Positions 28,145-38,370 of a stretch of 64,000 nucleotides of DNA are shown in pieces. The position numbers and the translations under genes were made by a program. The notes below the pieces were generated by a model, which saw nothing but the letters and a program-made list of their open reading frames with translations, made no database searches and was not told the origin of the DNA. Origin of the DNA: Candidatus Hermodarchaeum yapensis (lineage in GTDB: Archaea; Asgardarchaeota; Hermodarchaeia; Hermodarchaeales; Hermodarchaeaceae); assembly GCA_016840405.1 (NCBI GenBank), contig JAEOSK010000011.1, positions 2,634 through 66,633 of the forward strand, given 5' to 3'. Every line of letters begins with the position of its first letter. The stretch's first letter is position 1.

Positions 28145-28588
28145 TTATTCGGTGAGGGCGAGAACAGCGAGTTTTCTTAAAAAAATGACGCGAGACCCTT
28201 GTTTTTTCAATTCACGACGTAATTCACTGTCGTTTGTGGCGACAAGTGCACCGGTTTTAGCGGAGTATCGAAGAAGGGCAGTATCTGCATCCATTTCTGG
28301 GGTTGGATGAGCCATGTTTTCCACGATTATACAGTGGAGGTCTATTAGTTCGAATGAGCTTCTTGCTGCCCGCTTCTCTTTTTCAGATCCTTTCAGCTCA
28401 ATCCATTGTAATTCTTGGAGAATTTGGGGAAGCACTAGAAATATGACGGTTCGACCGATTAGTTTCGGGATTTCTTCAAAAATATCAATGCGCCGTTGAA
28501 AGGGAAGGAGGAGAAAGTTGGTATCAAGTAAAACATTCGCACCTTGACTAAACGGATGTTTATTCCTCAATGACGGTGCCCCATCCAA
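28145..28588 (-). CDS. PIN-domain protein (Fcf1/Utp24-like)
   Basis: 'VLLDTNFLLLPFQRRIDIFEEI' and 'LVATNDSELRRELKKQG'. The location downstream of aIF2gamma is conserved. Confidence 0.75.
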   Translation of the reverse strand: MDGAPSLRNKHPFSQGANVLLDTNFLLLPFQRRIDIFEEIPKLIGRTVIFLVLPQILQELQWIELKGSEKEKRAARSSFELIDLHCIIVENMAHPTPEMDADTALLRYSAKTGALVATNDSELRRELKKQGSRVIFLRKLAVLALTE

Positions 28589-29825
28589 TCAACCGCCACC
28601 TCATTTCTATCTGCCGACTAATTGCTACGCGTTGACCAGGTATAATCGCAACAGGTTTCCGAAGTGTAAAGGTGGTTTTGTTTTTGCCTGCAATTTTTGT
28701 AATTTCCCCGACAGTTGCGGAAGAGCCGACAATAAGCATGAGCATCTCATTGAGTTTGATATTTTGCACAGCCACCTGGTCGACGGCACCCACAACACGT
28801 TTCAATAAATGGGTTTCGAGGGTAATCTGTTCCACAATGGAAGGGAGTTGCCCAGTGGGTCCCGCGAGATTACCAATTAATGAATCAGCACGAGTCAACG
28901 CAGGATCAAGTTTTGTTCCAACGCCAATTAAACCGCTGGGATGAGCAGTTTTCAAGGATTTCCCTTGACCAGTTTGGATGCTCGTTACAGAGGTAAAAAG
29001 GGGTGCGTATGAAAGGGAGGATTTTTCCTTTTTCACGGGAATTCCGGGTCGAATTTCCAGTTCATCCCCTACGTTCACCTTTCCTTGGATAATTGTCCCA
29101 CCGATAACACCGCCCCGTAAATCTTCGGGTCGTGTGCCAGGTTTGTTGACATCAAATGAGCGAGCAACATAGAACAATCCAGGTTTATCTAAATCCCTTT
29201 TTGGTGTAGGAATAACCTGTTCAATTGTTTGGATAAGATAGTCAATATTGGTACCAAACATAGCAGAAATTGGGATAATTGGAGCATTTTCAGCAATAGA
29301 CCCGGCTACAAAGCTTTTGATTTGATTATAGTTGTTCATCGCTTCCTTTTCAGAGACAAGTTCGACTTTGTTTTGTACAATTATGATTTTATTAACCCCA
29401 ATAATTTCCAGAGCTGCTAAATGCTCTCGTGTCTGTGGTTGAGGACATTTCTCATCAACTGCAATGAGTAATAACGCCCCATCCATTAGGGCGGCACCTG
29501 AAATCATTGTAGCCATTAGGACTTCGTGTCCTGGTGCATCCACCAATGATATTCGCCGCAACGGTTCTGCAGATCCCCCGCATTTCTGGCACTTTGAAGT
29601 TGTTGAGTATGCAGCGGCTCCTTTGCATTTTGAGCATTTATAAAAAGTCACATCAGCGTACCCTAATTTGATTGAGATCCCTCGACGAATTTCCTCAGAA
29701 TGACGATCTGTCCATTCACCAGACAATGCCCTAGCCAAAGTGGTCTTCCCATGGTCAACATGTCCAACTAGTCCGATATTGACTTCAGCTTGTTTGGGCA
29801 TCGTTTTTTTCGCGGACATAATCAT
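28560..29825 (-). CDS. eif2g: Translation initiation factor aIF2 gamma
   Basis: 'VNIGLVGHVDHGKTTL', the zinc knuckle 'CSKCKG...CQKCG', 'DAPGHE' and 'QNKVE'. Confidence 0.95.
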   Translation of the reverse strand: MIMSAKKTMPKQAEVNIGLVGHVDHGKTTLARALSGEWTDRHSEEIRRGISIKLGYADVTFYKCSKCKGAAAYSTTSKCQKCGGSAEPLRRISLVDAPGHEVLMATMISGAALMDGALLLIAVDEKCPQPQTREHLAALEIIGVNKIIIVQNKVELVSEKEAMNNYNQIKSFVAGSIAENAPIIPISAMFGTNIDYLIQTIEQVIPTPKRDLDKPGLFYVARSFDVNKPGTRPEDLRGGVIGGTIIQGKVNVGDELEIRPGIPVKKEKSSLSYAPLFTSVTSIQTGQGKSLKTAHPSGLIGVGTKLDPALTRADSLIGNLAGPTGQLPSIVEQITLETHLLKRVVGAVDQVAVQNIKLNEMLMLIVGSSATVGEITKIAGKNKTTFTLRKPVAIIPGQRVAISRQIEMRWRLIGWGTVIEE

Positions 29826-29862
29826 TCTTCATCTCATTTGGGTTCAGGTTATTTTCTTCTTT

Positions 29863-30252
29863 TTAGGATGAGCTCTTTTCAATTAACTCAAGGAGATCAG
29901 TTTCTCCGTGAGTGACAATTTTCACATTAACTTGCACGATTTCATCGGTAATCTCGTTTCCACGGACACGGCGACGACGACGTTCTCCCTTATTTTGCGG
30001 TTGATAGCCGATACCTCCACTAAGCAGTGGACGCTTGCGAACTGCACCGTGAACATCTGGCCGCATCGGTGCACCGTCGCCATCACTTCCACCGGTAATT
30101 TTGAACTGATATCCACCCAGCCCTAGGGAACTACCCTCTACTATTTCGCCGATAAGTTTTCCATGGAGCGTTCGGCTATATTGTTCACTGAGTTCAAGTT
30201 GGGTGGTTTTGCCACTTTCAGGGTCACCGATGACTAAACGGATGCGTGTCAT
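29863..30252 (-). CDS. rps6e: Ribosomal protein S6e
   Basis: 'GYQFKITGGSDGDGAPMRPDVHG...RPLLSGGIGYQP'. Confidence 0.9.
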   Translation of the reverse strand: MTRIRLVIGDPESGKTTQLELSEQYSRTLHGKLIGEIVEGSSLGLGGYQFKITGGSDGDGAPMRPDVHGAVRKRPLLSGGIGYQPQNKGERRRRRVRGNEITDEIVQVNVKIVTHGETDLLELIEKSSS

Positions 30253-30398
30253 ATTTGAATCCTCAATGTGTATGTTTAATAGCGTCCTTTTCCAAAGGAG
30301 CGCAATGGCAGGGTCGTAGCTTGGGGTAAGCGCTTATCAATTTTACCGTCAAATGAGAGAATGTTTCTCGGAGAAGAAAAGTCCTAAGATTGGTGTCT

Positions 30399-32180
30399 CT
30401 ATACACCCCAAAAGGGCTGGACGTATTTTCGTTTTAATTCCAGGAATTCTTGTAAGACTTCCAATTCATCAGAGGTCAGTTTGTCCTTGAATTCTTGATT
30501 GAGTCGGATTACCATGCCTTCGGGAAGATCGATGTATAGGATATCTCCTTCATCGATTTGCCGGCCAACAGTAACGCCTCTGATGGAAACGGCAACCTCG
30601 GCACCAATCCGTGCTTCGGAAATGGTTTCTCCTTTATCTTGAATCTGTTGAATGTTGCCAATTCGCTTATTTTCAGGTGTGATGAGTTGGCTTTTTGCTT
30701 TAATACGGCCTGCAACAACTTTTACACCTACAACAGCAGGATTACTTTGGCGGAAGACATAACCAGGCATTAATTCGATTTTTCCGGGAAACGTAAGTTC
30801 CTCTAGCATAGCTTCTTCCAATTTTCGTCGTTTATCAGCCACCCAAGTCTCATATTGATCGACAAGGTCATAGATTATCTGACTTTGGAATATTGGTACA
30901 CCCTGCGCGTCGGCTTCAGTCGCAGCATCCGGCAGCGGTTTGGAGTTGAAAGCAAGAATCACCCCCAAGAAAGGATCAGCATCAGCAACCGTGGAAACCT
31001 CCACCACGTCCTTTTTGGAAATATCTCCAATGTCCGCCCGACGAATGGGAATTTCACGTTCACGAAGAAACTCAATGAGTGCTTCTAAGGACCCCAGTGT
31101 ATCAGCTTTCAAAAAAATACCAATTTTATCTGTTTCAATCCGAACGGCTTCCATATCCTGGATAATACGCTCTCTTGCAGAGATTGCTTCTTCTTCAGTG
31201 TTAGCCACAAAAAGCCCTGCTCCAGCAATCGCATTATCTAAATCAGGAGCTGCAATTTTGATACCTGCAGCGGCAACGACTTCTTTCACGGGAGAAAATC
31301 GTTCCCGGGGATCCCGAATTTCATCAAGCGGTTTAGGCATTAGAAGGGCTCGAGCATGGGTGGTTATTGGTTCTGGGAGCCCACCAACTACAATTGTGTC
31401 ACCTTTCTTCAGAACACCATCATAAATGATAGAATCAATGGTGACGCCTAGCCCAGATTCTTCCTTTACTTCAAGGACAACACCTTTTGCAGGACCTGAG
31501 GTTACTTTGAGTTGTTTTTTGAAGAATTGTTGGGCTAACCCCACTAAAACCAAGAGTAAATCCGACAAGCCCTCTCCAGTTTTTGCGCTTGTAGGAACGA
31601 TTGCCACTGTTTTAGCGAAATCAGTGATGCGATCATATCGATCAGATTGAAAATCTTCCCGTGAAAGCTCTCCCATGACTTCGTAGATTTTTTCATCTAG
31701 TTGTCCTCTGACATATTCGGATTGGGCGGCTATCGATTGGGAGATGACCCATGTTTCTTGGGGTTTCCACCCTGGTAGTCGATCAACTTTATTGAGTGCA
31801 ATTATGAAAGGTGTTTTGCGAGCGCGGAGAATGCGAAGAGACTCATAGGTTTGGGGTTGGAGGCCATCTACAATATCAACGACCAAGATTGCTATGTCAG
31901 CCACTGCGCCTCCGCGTTTACGAAGGTTAAAGAATGCAGCATGACCTGGCGTATCAATAACGAGAAGTCCAGGAAGAGTAAGTCGGCGTTTGAACGATTT
32001 CATGAGAGGCCCGACTAGTTCTTTCACGGTTGAAATCGGGAAAAAGCTCGCTCCAATTTGTTGTGTGATTCCTCCAGCTTCTCGGGCTTGAACCCCAGTC
32101 CCACGGATTTTATCTAGCAGGCTCGTTTTTCCAGTGTCAATATGACCCAACATGGTGACAATTGGTTGGCGGATTGGCAT
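30399..32180 (-). CDS. infB: Translation initiation factor aIF5B (IF-2)
   Basis: 'RQPIVTMLGHIDTGKTSLLD', 'IDTPGHAAF' and 'ALNKVD'. At 593 aa there is no intein. Confidence 0.95.
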   Translation of the reverse strand: MPIRQPIVTMLGHIDTGKTSLLDKIRGTGVQAREAGGITQQIGASFFPISTVKELVGPLMKSFKRRLTLPGLLVIDTPGHAAFFNLRKRGGAVADIAILVVDIVDGLQPQTYESLRILRARKTPFIIALNKVDRLPGWKPQETWVISQSIAAQSEYVRGQLDEKIYEVMGELSREDFQSDRYDRITDFAKTVAIVPTSAKTGEGLSDLLLVLVGLAQQFFKKQLKVTSGPAKGVVLEVKEESGLGVTIDSIIYDGVLKKGDTIVVGGLPEPITTHARALLMPKPLDEIRDPRERFSPVKEVVAAAGIKIAAPDLDNAIAGAGLFVANTEEEAISARERIIQDMEAVRIETDKIGIFLKADTLGSLEALIEFLREREIPIRRADIGDISKKDVVEVSTVADADPFLGVILAFNSKPLPDAATEADAQGVPIFQSQIIYDLVDQYETWVADKRRKLEEAMLEELTFPGKIELMPGYVFRQSNPAVVGVKVVAGRIKAKSQLITPENKRIGNIQQIQDKGETISEARIGAEVAVSIRGVTVGRQIDEGDILYIDLPEGMVIRLNQEFKDKLTSDELEVLQEFLELKRKYVQPFWGV

Positions 32181-32355
32181 TCATGGCACCTTCTTTGACA
32201 AACTGGAATACTGGGAGCAATGGTCTCTCGTTTGGTGGGACAAGATTGCGATATTTAAGGCTTATGTAGTTAGATTCCGAACCCATCTAGAATTATTCCA
32301 CCTAGAGAAGGTTTTTTGTAAACGAAGCCAATTGTGCCTGCACAAGGTGTTTCCA

Positions 32356-33024
32356 ATGGAACAAACTCTGCTGGTGCTAAAACCGGACGCGACAATGAGA
32401 CGCGGTGTTAGTGCTGCCATCTTTGAACAAATTCTGACTGCGCTTCCGGATATAACGATAAAAGGTTTCACAGAGATGGCCGTACCACAACATATAGCAG
32501 AAAAACACTACGCCATCCATCAAGGAAAATTCTTCTATCCTTGGTTGCTGAAATTTATCCAAGTTGGTCATGTGATTGCAACAGTGTTAGAGGGGAAACA
32601 TATCGTCGCTCGTCTTCGCGATGTTCTTGGGGCCACTTTTGTTGAGAAGGCTAGCCCCGAAAGCCTTCGTGGAAAATATGGTCTAGTGGGCGGGGTAAAT
32701 GTTGCTCACGCCTCTGATGAACCTGAAAATGCAAAAAAAGAAGTAGCTCTTTGGCAACACGAAACGAATCTGGATCTTGCTCAAGACGGATTTGAACCTA
32801 TCAACGCGTATATTGTTAGGTGGAGAGAGACACCAGTATTGGCCACTTACGATATTCGTCAGATCTGCCAGGAATATGCTCAAGAGTACTCAAATCGAGA
32901 ACTTCACCAAACTCAGATAACAGACTTCTTAGTGGAAGAATGCCCAGAATGGCCTCACCAGGATCTCCAAAAACTTGCAGATGCAATTTTGGGGAATATG
33001 GACCTGGACCGAGATAAGTCATAA
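32356..33024 (+). CDS. ndk: Nucleoside diphosphate kinase with ~85-aa C-terminal extension
   Basis: 'MEQTLLVLKPDATMRRG', 'EKHYAIHQGKFFYPWL', 'LRGKYG' and the active-site region 'NVAHASD'. Start chosen at Met69 of the ORF-track ORF, whose upstream part overlaps infB. Confidence 0.8.
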   Translation: MEQTLLVLKPDATMRRGVSAAIFEQILTALPDITIKGFTEMAVPQHIAEKHYAIHQGKFFYPWLLKFIQVGHVIATVLEGKHIVARLRDVLGATFVEKASPESLRGKYGLVGGVNVAHASDEPENAKKEVALWQHETNLDLAQDGFEPINAYIVRWRETPVLATYDIRQICQEYAQEYSNRELHQTQITDFLVEECPEWPHQDLQKLADAILGNMDLDRDKS

Positions 33025-33076
33025 GCACTTCGAAAACAATTGCATCTAACGACTTGGACCCAAGAAGTGTTGTCCC

Positions 33077-33466
33077 CTATTTTCCTTCTTTGGATTTTGA
33101 TTTTTTCTCTGTCTTCTTATCTTTGGGCTTTGACTTCTCTTTCTTCTTCTTCGCCTTAGTCTTCGCCTTAGGCTTCGCTTTAGGCTTTGCCTTAGGCTTC
33201 TCTTCCTTCTTCTTCGCCTTAGGCTTCGCTTTAGGCTTTGCTTTCACTTTTTTCCTAGCCTTGGCAGCTTGAGCACGGCGACGAATCCGTTCTTCATACA
33301 CTTCTGTCCATTTGAGGCGGCGAGCTCTTCGTTTTAGATAGATTTCACTTCGACGACATTTACTTGAACAAAGATACAGGAGGCTACCATCACCCTTCAC
33401 GTAGATAGATCCGGTTCCGGGTTCGACATCTGTCCCACAGAATGAACAGGTGTATTTTTTGACCAT
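33077..33466 (-). CDS. rpl24e: Ribosomal protein L24e with K-rich tail of about 65 aa
   Basis: 'CSFCGTDVEPGTGSIYVKGDGSLLYLCSSKCRR'. The tail reads 'KARKKVKAKPKAKPKAKKKEEKPKAKPKAKPKAKTKAKKKKEKSKPKDKK...'. Confidence 0.9.
   Translation of the reverse strand: MVKKYTCSFCGTDVEPGTGSIYVKGDGSLLYLCSSKCRRSEIYLKRRARRLKWTEVYEERIRRRAQAAKARKKVKAKPKAKPKAKKKEEKPKAKPKAKPKAKTKAKKKKEKSKPKDKKTEKKSKSKEGK
33161..33241. repeat. Direct repeat inside the rpl24e tail
   Basis: The 30-mer cttcgccttaggcttcgctttaggctttgc occurs at 33161-33190 and again exactly at 33212-33241 (period 51 nt). It encodes (K/A)KPKAKPKAK. Confidence 0.85.
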
Positions 33467-33490
33467 TCATATTCCCATCCTTGTTGACGG

Positions 33491-33706
33491 TTAGGGCGTT
33501 CTTATCTTTCGAGCCTCGCGTTCTGTTTCACGGAGTAACAGGATGTCGCCTTCTCTGATTGGACCCTTCACATTGCGGGTGAGGATGCGACCTTGATCAC
33601 GCCCTTCTAGTACACGAACTCGCACTTGGATGATTTCTCCGGTGAGTCCAGTTCGACCTACGACTTGGACTACTTCAGATGGAATACCCGCGTCTTCTTG
33701 ACTCAT
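33491..33706 (-). CDS. rps28e: Ribosomal protein S28e
   Basis: '[56 protein letters not shown]'. Confidence 0.9.
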   Translation of the reverse strand: MSQEDAGIPSEVVQVVGRTGLTGEIIQVRVRVLEGRDQGRILTRNVKGPIREGDILLLRETEREARKIRTP

Positions 33707-33730
33707 TTTTGGGTCACCAGTTCAGGTTCC

Positions 33731-34108
33731 CTATTTTTGTAGATCCTTTAGTTTCTTGGTTAGGTCATCGATGAGCCGTTGTGCTTCACCGGCTTCAATG
33801 ATGGCTGCAGAGGCAGAAGGGACATCAATGCCAAGTGCAGAACCAAGTTTGTTTTTGCTGGCAACGAAGATGTAAGGAATATTCTTTTCTTCACACATAA
33901 TTGGAAGATGAAAGATGATTTCTGGAGGATCTACATCTTCAGCGATGGCAACAAATTTTGCTATAACTCGTTCAACGGCTTTGGTTGTTTCGTTGGTTCC
34001 TTTACGGACCTTACCCGTATCACGAGCGACTTCAACTATCTCATATGCGATATCTTGCAGTTCTTTTGGCGCAGTAAATTTTACATGGGGTTTTGACAAC
34101 AAGAGCAC
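33731..34108 (-). CDS. rpl7ae: Ribosomal protein L7Ae (K-turn binding)
   Basis: '[50 protein letters not shown]'. The ORF-track start is GTG. A TTG 6-9 nt downstream of GAGGTG is equally possible. Confidence 0.9.
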   Translation of the reverse strand: MLLLSKPHVKFTAPKELQDIAYEIVEVARDTGKVRKGTNETTKAVERVIAKFVAIAEDVDPPEIIFHLPIMCEEKNIPYIFVASKNKLGSALGIDVPSASAAIIEAGEAQRLIDDLTKKLKDLQK

Positions 34109-34197
34109 CTCATTGCTTATTCATCGGGTCTTGTCGAGGCCAGCAGCCGATAATTATCGACCCGTGGCTGTGGCGACTGAGTAGCAATCGACACGGC

Positions 34198-34204
34198 TTT
34201 TAAA
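34198..34204 (-). promoter_or_regulatory. Candidate TATA box (TTTAAAA on minus strand) upstream of rpl7ae
   Basis: Minus strand reads 'gaaaaagcTTTAAAAgccgtg', about 90 nt upstream of the rpl7ae start. Confidence 0.3.
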
Positions 34205-34242
34205 GCTTTTTCCTCTCACACTATACTCTGACAAAAACAAAT

Positions 34243-35379
34243 CTAACGAATACTCCGCATCGCAAGTTCTTCGAGGTTATGTCCACGGAGTTCAAGCCAA
34301 TTACGAGTAGCCCCCTGAATAATGAGTGGTGTTTTTGTGAGGTCTTCAAGTGTTTTGGCACCAACGAGAAACATTGTCGCTTTTAGTCCTTGGATAAGAG
34401 AGGCCAAATATACTTGAACTGCTTTGGCATTGAGCATTGCAGGAGAAAGAACGGGAAGTGCAACTCCTCCAACAGTAGCACCCAGAGCGATAGATTTCGC
34501 AATATCTACGCCTGTTCGAATTCCACCTGATGCAATAACTGGTATTGATAGATTCTTTTGGGTAACTTCAAATGTAGCAACTGCAGTGGGGATGCCCCAG
34601 TCTGTAAACCAGCGACCAAGTGTGGCTTTCAGGGCATCTTCAGTTTTTGCACGCTCAACCTCGACAGCGGGCCAGCTTGTGCCCCCCAGTCCTGCCACGT
34701 CAATGGCTTTTACTCCTGCTTTTGCAAGTTGTTCAGCGTTATCAGGATTTATTCCAGCACCTGTTTCTTTTGCAATAATGGGAGTTGAAAGACTTTTTGT
34801 CAATCGTCGAAGGGCTTGAAGTACTCCTGAAAAGTGTGCTTCACCTTCGGGTTGTATAGCCTCTTGGGCTGCATTGAAATGGATGGCAAGGGCATTGGCT
34901 TCTAGCATTTTGATGGCGATTTCAGCTTCTTTAACATCATACCCTAGTGAAAGTTGAGGAGCACCGATATTTCCAATTATGAATGCTGTAGGAGCGTTTT
35001 CACGTGTGACGCTAAAGGATGGAGCGAGAGTCGAATCTTCTATTGCTGCACGTTGGCTTCCCACGCCCATGGCTAGACCTAAGGCTTCTACTGCTTGAGC
35101 AATATGATGGTTAATTGGTAAGGCTTCCTCATGGCCGCCTGTCATTGCTGTAACCATGATGGGAGCCTGAAGTTTATACCCGAGGAAGGTACACTGAAGA
35201 TTCACGTCATCGAGGTTAATTTCAGGTACTGCATTATGGATTAGCGTAATATCATTAAAGCCCGCAGGAGTGTTAGATTCTATTTCTCGGTCTAAGCAAA
35301 TTCGAATATGCTCTTGTTTCCGATCTTCAGTGCGTGTTCCTTTTTTCTTTGTATCCGATTTCATTCGTGTCGTTACCAA
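34243..35379 (-). CDS. fni: Isopentenyl-diphosphate delta-isomerase type 2 (FMN-dependent)
   Basis: 'RKQEHIRICL', 'MTGG', 'GVGSQR' and 'ASGGIRTGVDIAK' (TIM-barrel FMN enzyme). Confidence 0.85.
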   Translation of the reverse strand: MVTTRMKSDTKKKGTRTEDRKQEHIRICLDREIESNTPAGFNDITLIHNAVPEINLDDVNLQCTFLGYKLQAPIMVTAMTGGHEEALPINHHIAQAVEALGLAMGVGSQRAAIEDSTLAPSFSVTRENAPTAFIIGNIGAPQLSLGYDVKEAEIAIKMLEANALAIHFNAAQEAIQPEGEAHFSGVLQALRRLTKSLSTPIIAKETGAGINPDNAEQLAKAGVKAIDVAGLGGTSWPAVEVERAKTEDALKATLGRWFTDWGIPTAVATFEVTQKNLSIPVIASGGIRTGVDIAKSIALGATVGGVALPVLSPAMLNAKAVQVYLASLIQGLKATMFLVGAKTLEDLTKTPLIIQGATRNWLELRGHNLEELAMRSIR

Positions 35380-35447
35380 AGCTAAACCCCCTTGAAGAAT
35401 GAAGAGAGTTCCAATTGAACATCAACAATGTGTTAGTGCTATGAGTG

Positions 35448-35843
35448 TTACGGGAGTTCTACCAACCCGTTTGTTGCGTCAACTCGAAGTTTCTGACCGG
35501 TCTTGATTTTCTCAATTGGAATTCGATCAATGGCAGGGATGTCACTGATAATACAACCAACGGCAACAATGGTTTCTGTTTCCTGGTTTATAATGGCTAC
35601 TGGTCCCTTCCCCGTTTTCGCCAGCTGGTACAGGACATAAGAACCAACAGTTGACCCTTTTCCACGGGGAAACACGAGAACCTTACCTGTGATTGATTGC
35701 CCTTCTAACTCATGATCTTTTTCGACTATTACACCTGTTTCAGGATCCACTCCGCCGTAGAAGGAAAGGCCTTGAGTAGTAACTAGGGCTTCTCCGGTGA
35801 CCTCACCCGGGGAGATTTTTCGACCCTCAAATTTTGTGGTCAT
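35448..35843 (-). CDS. Aconitase X swivel-domain protein (phosphomevalonate dehydratase small subunit)
   Basis: DUF126-type 'GEALVTTQGLSFYGGVDPETGVI...GKVLVFPRGKGSTVGSYVL'. Its start ATG (35843-35841) overlaps the large-subunit stop in an ATGA arrangement. Confidence 0.8.
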   Translation of the reverse strand: MTTKFEGRKISPGEVTGEALVTTQGLSFYGGVDPETGVIVEKDHELEGQSITGKVLVFPRGKGSTVGSYVLYQLAKTGKGPVAIINQETETIVAVGCIISDIPAIDRIPIEKIKTGQKLRVDATNGLVELP

Positions 35844-37042
35844 TCTGCGAACGCCTCCTCTATGCATTCTTCGAGTGAGCAGTGTTTGGTTTGGAATTTG
35901 TTACGTCCCCGGCCATAATAACAACCTTTTGCGGAGTCTGTACATAATCCTGTAAATCGACCCCTAATGGGAGCCACAACACAACAGGTATCACAGGCGA
36001 ACTTGATTCCGGTCGCTTCGATGATTTTTGTATAACCCATTCGGTCAGCAACTTGTTTTGTTGGTCGTGCTGTTGTAATCCAGGTTTCTTTCTTCACATG
36101 TTTTCCTGCTACAAGTTCAGCGATATGACGTATTTCACGCAGTGAGGCATGAGGACAGCCAATACTCACAAAGTCAATCTTGGCGTCTTCTTCGTTCAGT
36201 TCCTTTTCAGCTTGTGCTAAGTCGTTTTCACTGACAATGATGTTTTCTTTGGGAATCTTGGTCCTGTTGGGAGTTACCCCGTCCATGTGAAAGAGTGCTG
36301 TGCCCCCGTATGTGGCAATTGAGGCACAAAAGGATTTGAGTTCGTCAGTGTTTGCTACAGAAATGCCAGTGATATAAGGGATAGTCCATTCAGCATTAGC
36401 GTCAAGGATGTCTCCAATGACTTTTCCTAAAGTTCCAAATTGAGCTGTTCCAGATATTGAGGGTTTCACAGTAATTATTATGTGAGCTTGGCGATTTTTC
36501 TCGAGATGATAACCATACTCTGGTGTAAATCCAGTTATGGCTGCAGCCAATGCACTGGGACCACCTTCGCGGTTTGTTTTTGCCCCAATTACCGAGTTGG
36601 CAAAACACACTGCACTACTTTCAGCCCAGGCGATGTGTTCTCCAAAATGGGGAAGATTACCCACTAAATATGGTGTACAGGTACAAGTTGTGATAATGCC
36701 CATCTTCGCAAAAGCATCGATTACCCGTTCTTGATTCTTGGCAAATTCTGGATCAATACCTAATACCCGCCAATTTTCGAGATCCATACCAGCAGGGTTG
36801 AGTGTTGTTAGGACACGAACCTGTCCATCTTCAGCCATTTGTGCAAGCCAGTCTAGCCCTGGTTCACCCAAATTTGCGTAACTTACACCAGCGATTTGCA
36901 CTGAAGTAACAGGAACCATACGTTCTGCTTCGTATATTTCACCGAGTGCGTTGAGAATTTCCATACTTTTCTGAGCAGCGTAACCATGTTTGCCTTGTAA
37001 CATCTCTTGATGGAGTTTAGTTAGTTTCATATCGCGAATCAC
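35840..37042 (-). CDS. Aconitase X catalytic-domain protein (phosphomevalonate dehydratase large subunit)
   Basis: DUF521-type, 400 aa, with conserved Cys-rich regions 'TTCTCTPY' and 'IGCPHAS'. It is adjacent to the UbiD-like gene and mvk. Confidence 0.8.
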   Translation of the reverse strand: MIRDMKLTKLHQEMLQGKHGYAAQKSMEILNALGEIYEAERMVPVTSVQIAGVSYANLGEPGLDWLAQMAEDGQVRVLTTLNPAGMDLENWRVLGIDPEFAKNQERVIDAFAKMGIITTCTCTPYLVGNLPHFGEHIAWAESSAVCFANSVIGAKTNREGGPSALAAAITGFTPEYGYHLEKNRQAHIIITVKPSISGTAQFGTLGKVIGDILDANAEWTIPYITGISVANTDELKSFCASIATYGGTALFHMDGVTPNRTKIPKENIIVSENDLAQAEKELNEEDAKIDFVSIGCPHASLREIRHIAELVAGKHVKKETWITTARPTKQVADRMGYTKIIEATGIKFACDTCCVVAPIRGRFTGLCTDSAKGCYYGRGRNKFQTKHCSLEECIEEAFAE

Positions 37043-38349
37043 TCCTCGAGGTACTTCTTCAAATCAACTTGAGGAAAGCTTGCCTTGGCAAAGGTTTTCC
37101 CTTTCTCGACTTTCAGAGGAGCAGTAAGATCAAAACCTAATTTGGTCGTAAGGTAGGTTCCAGGCTCAGAGCTGGGATCCAAACTACTTCCTCGTTCTTT
37201 CTCTTTGACAACGAGGTCAACATCTCCTTGAAACCGGGTGGCCATAGCCCATTCCACGTCATAGGGATCATAGATGTCGATATCCTTATCGACAATATAG
37301 GCGTGTTTGAGACTTCGGTGACCTTCAAAAGCGCCTTCAATGGCAAGTTTACCGTCTTCTTCGCGGTGTTTATCGATTTGAATTACCGCATGGAGCCAGC
37401 TGCATCCACCAGGGTCAATATTCACATCTAAGCAGCGAACACCCTTCTCGTTGATCTTACGGAAAATGGTTGGTTCCCGAGGCATTCCCATGAGTACCTT
37501 ATGCTCAAAGGCACCCGGTAGAAGAGCCTGCCATATTGCATCTCTTCGGTGTGTGATACAAGTAACTTCAAAGAGGGGTTCATTTCGGATGACATCATAG
37601 GTTTGAGTTAAGTCAATGAAAGGACCCTCGTCATGTCGTTTATCCCTGTATACTTTACCTTCGAGGACCCACTCACAATCAGCGGGAATGAGCAAATCTG
37701 AGGTTTGCGCTTTCACCACCCGAATAGGCTCTAAGGCATTGGCTATTTCAAGCTCGTTGATGCCAATTTCGACACTAGTAGCAGCTGCAACCAAGATGTT
37801 TGGTGAATTACCGATACAAAATGCAACATCCACTGTTCCAAGGTCTTCCATGAAAGTGTGAAAATTCCTTTTGGCAACGACGCGTGTGCTCATTGTATCC
37901 TTCTTAATTTGCATCGCTCGGTGGAAGTCAAGGTTTTGTCCATATTTGGGATGCCCGGCCACAACAACAGCTGATGAGATATACGGGCCACCATCTCGCT
38001 CGTTGTGAAAGACAATAGGCACCTTGTCGAGGTCAACCGTTTTTTCAACAACTTCTTGACAGGGAGCAACCTTGACCTCTTCAGGAGCGGAGCGGTCTTC
38101 AATGGCTTTGCTAAGAGTGGGAATAATTTCACTTGTAGATATGCCGAGATAAGAGGCAATACTATCTTTACTACAAAAGAGATTGCCCATAATTCGGAAC
38201 TCCGAATCTTTCACGTTTTCAAAGAGGACTGGTTTTGGTTCAACTGTTTTTAATATTCCAGCAGCTTCTAATCGTTTTGACACTGGTTTTGCTATTTTTA
38301 GAAGAGAACCTTCTTTCCCAAGTTTTTTTAGATGTTCTCGCAGACCCAT
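37039..38349 (-). CDS. UbiD-family decarboxylase (anhydromevalonate phosphate decarboxylase candidate)
   Basis: 436 aa with a UbiD-like architecture ('GGPYISSAVVV', 'NLDFHRAMQ'). It sits between mvk and the AcnX genes. Confidence 0.8.
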   Translation of the reverse strand: MGLREHLKKLGKEGSLLKIAKPVSKRLEAAGILKTVEPKPVLFENVKDSEFRIMGNLFCSKDSIASYLGISTSEIIPTLSKAIEDRSAPEEVKVAPCQEVVEKTVDLDKVPIVFHNERDGGPYISSAVVVAGHPKYGQNLDFHRAMQIKKDTMSTRVVAKRNFHTFMEDLGTVDVAFCIGNSPNILVAAATSVEIGINELEIANALEPIRVVKAQTSDLLIPADCEWVLEGKVYRDKRHDEGPFIDLTQTYDVIRNEPLFEVTCITHRRDAIWQALLPGAFEHKVLMGMPREPTIFRKINEKGVRCLDVNIDPGGCSWLHAVIQIDKHREEDGKLAIEGAFEGHRSLKHAYIVDKDIDIYDPYDVEWAMATRFQGDVDLVVKEKERGSSLDPSSEPGTYLTTKLGFDLTAPLKVEKGKTFAKASFPQVDLKKYLEE

Positions 38350-38370
38350 TACTATTCACCTCTCAAGTTT

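Noticed and set aside
32152-32355. N-terminal 68 codons of the ORF-track NDK ORF
   Set aside because: This part overlaps the infB start region. NDK homology begins at MEQTLLVLKPDA (32356).
34109-34175. Searched the rpl7ae leader for an autoregulatory K-turn
   Set aside because: The leader has stems (CGGGUC/GACCCG and a CGAUAAUUAUCG palindrome) and a CCCGAUGAAU string. I could not build the tandem G-A/A-G pairs with a 3-nt bulge, so I make no claim.
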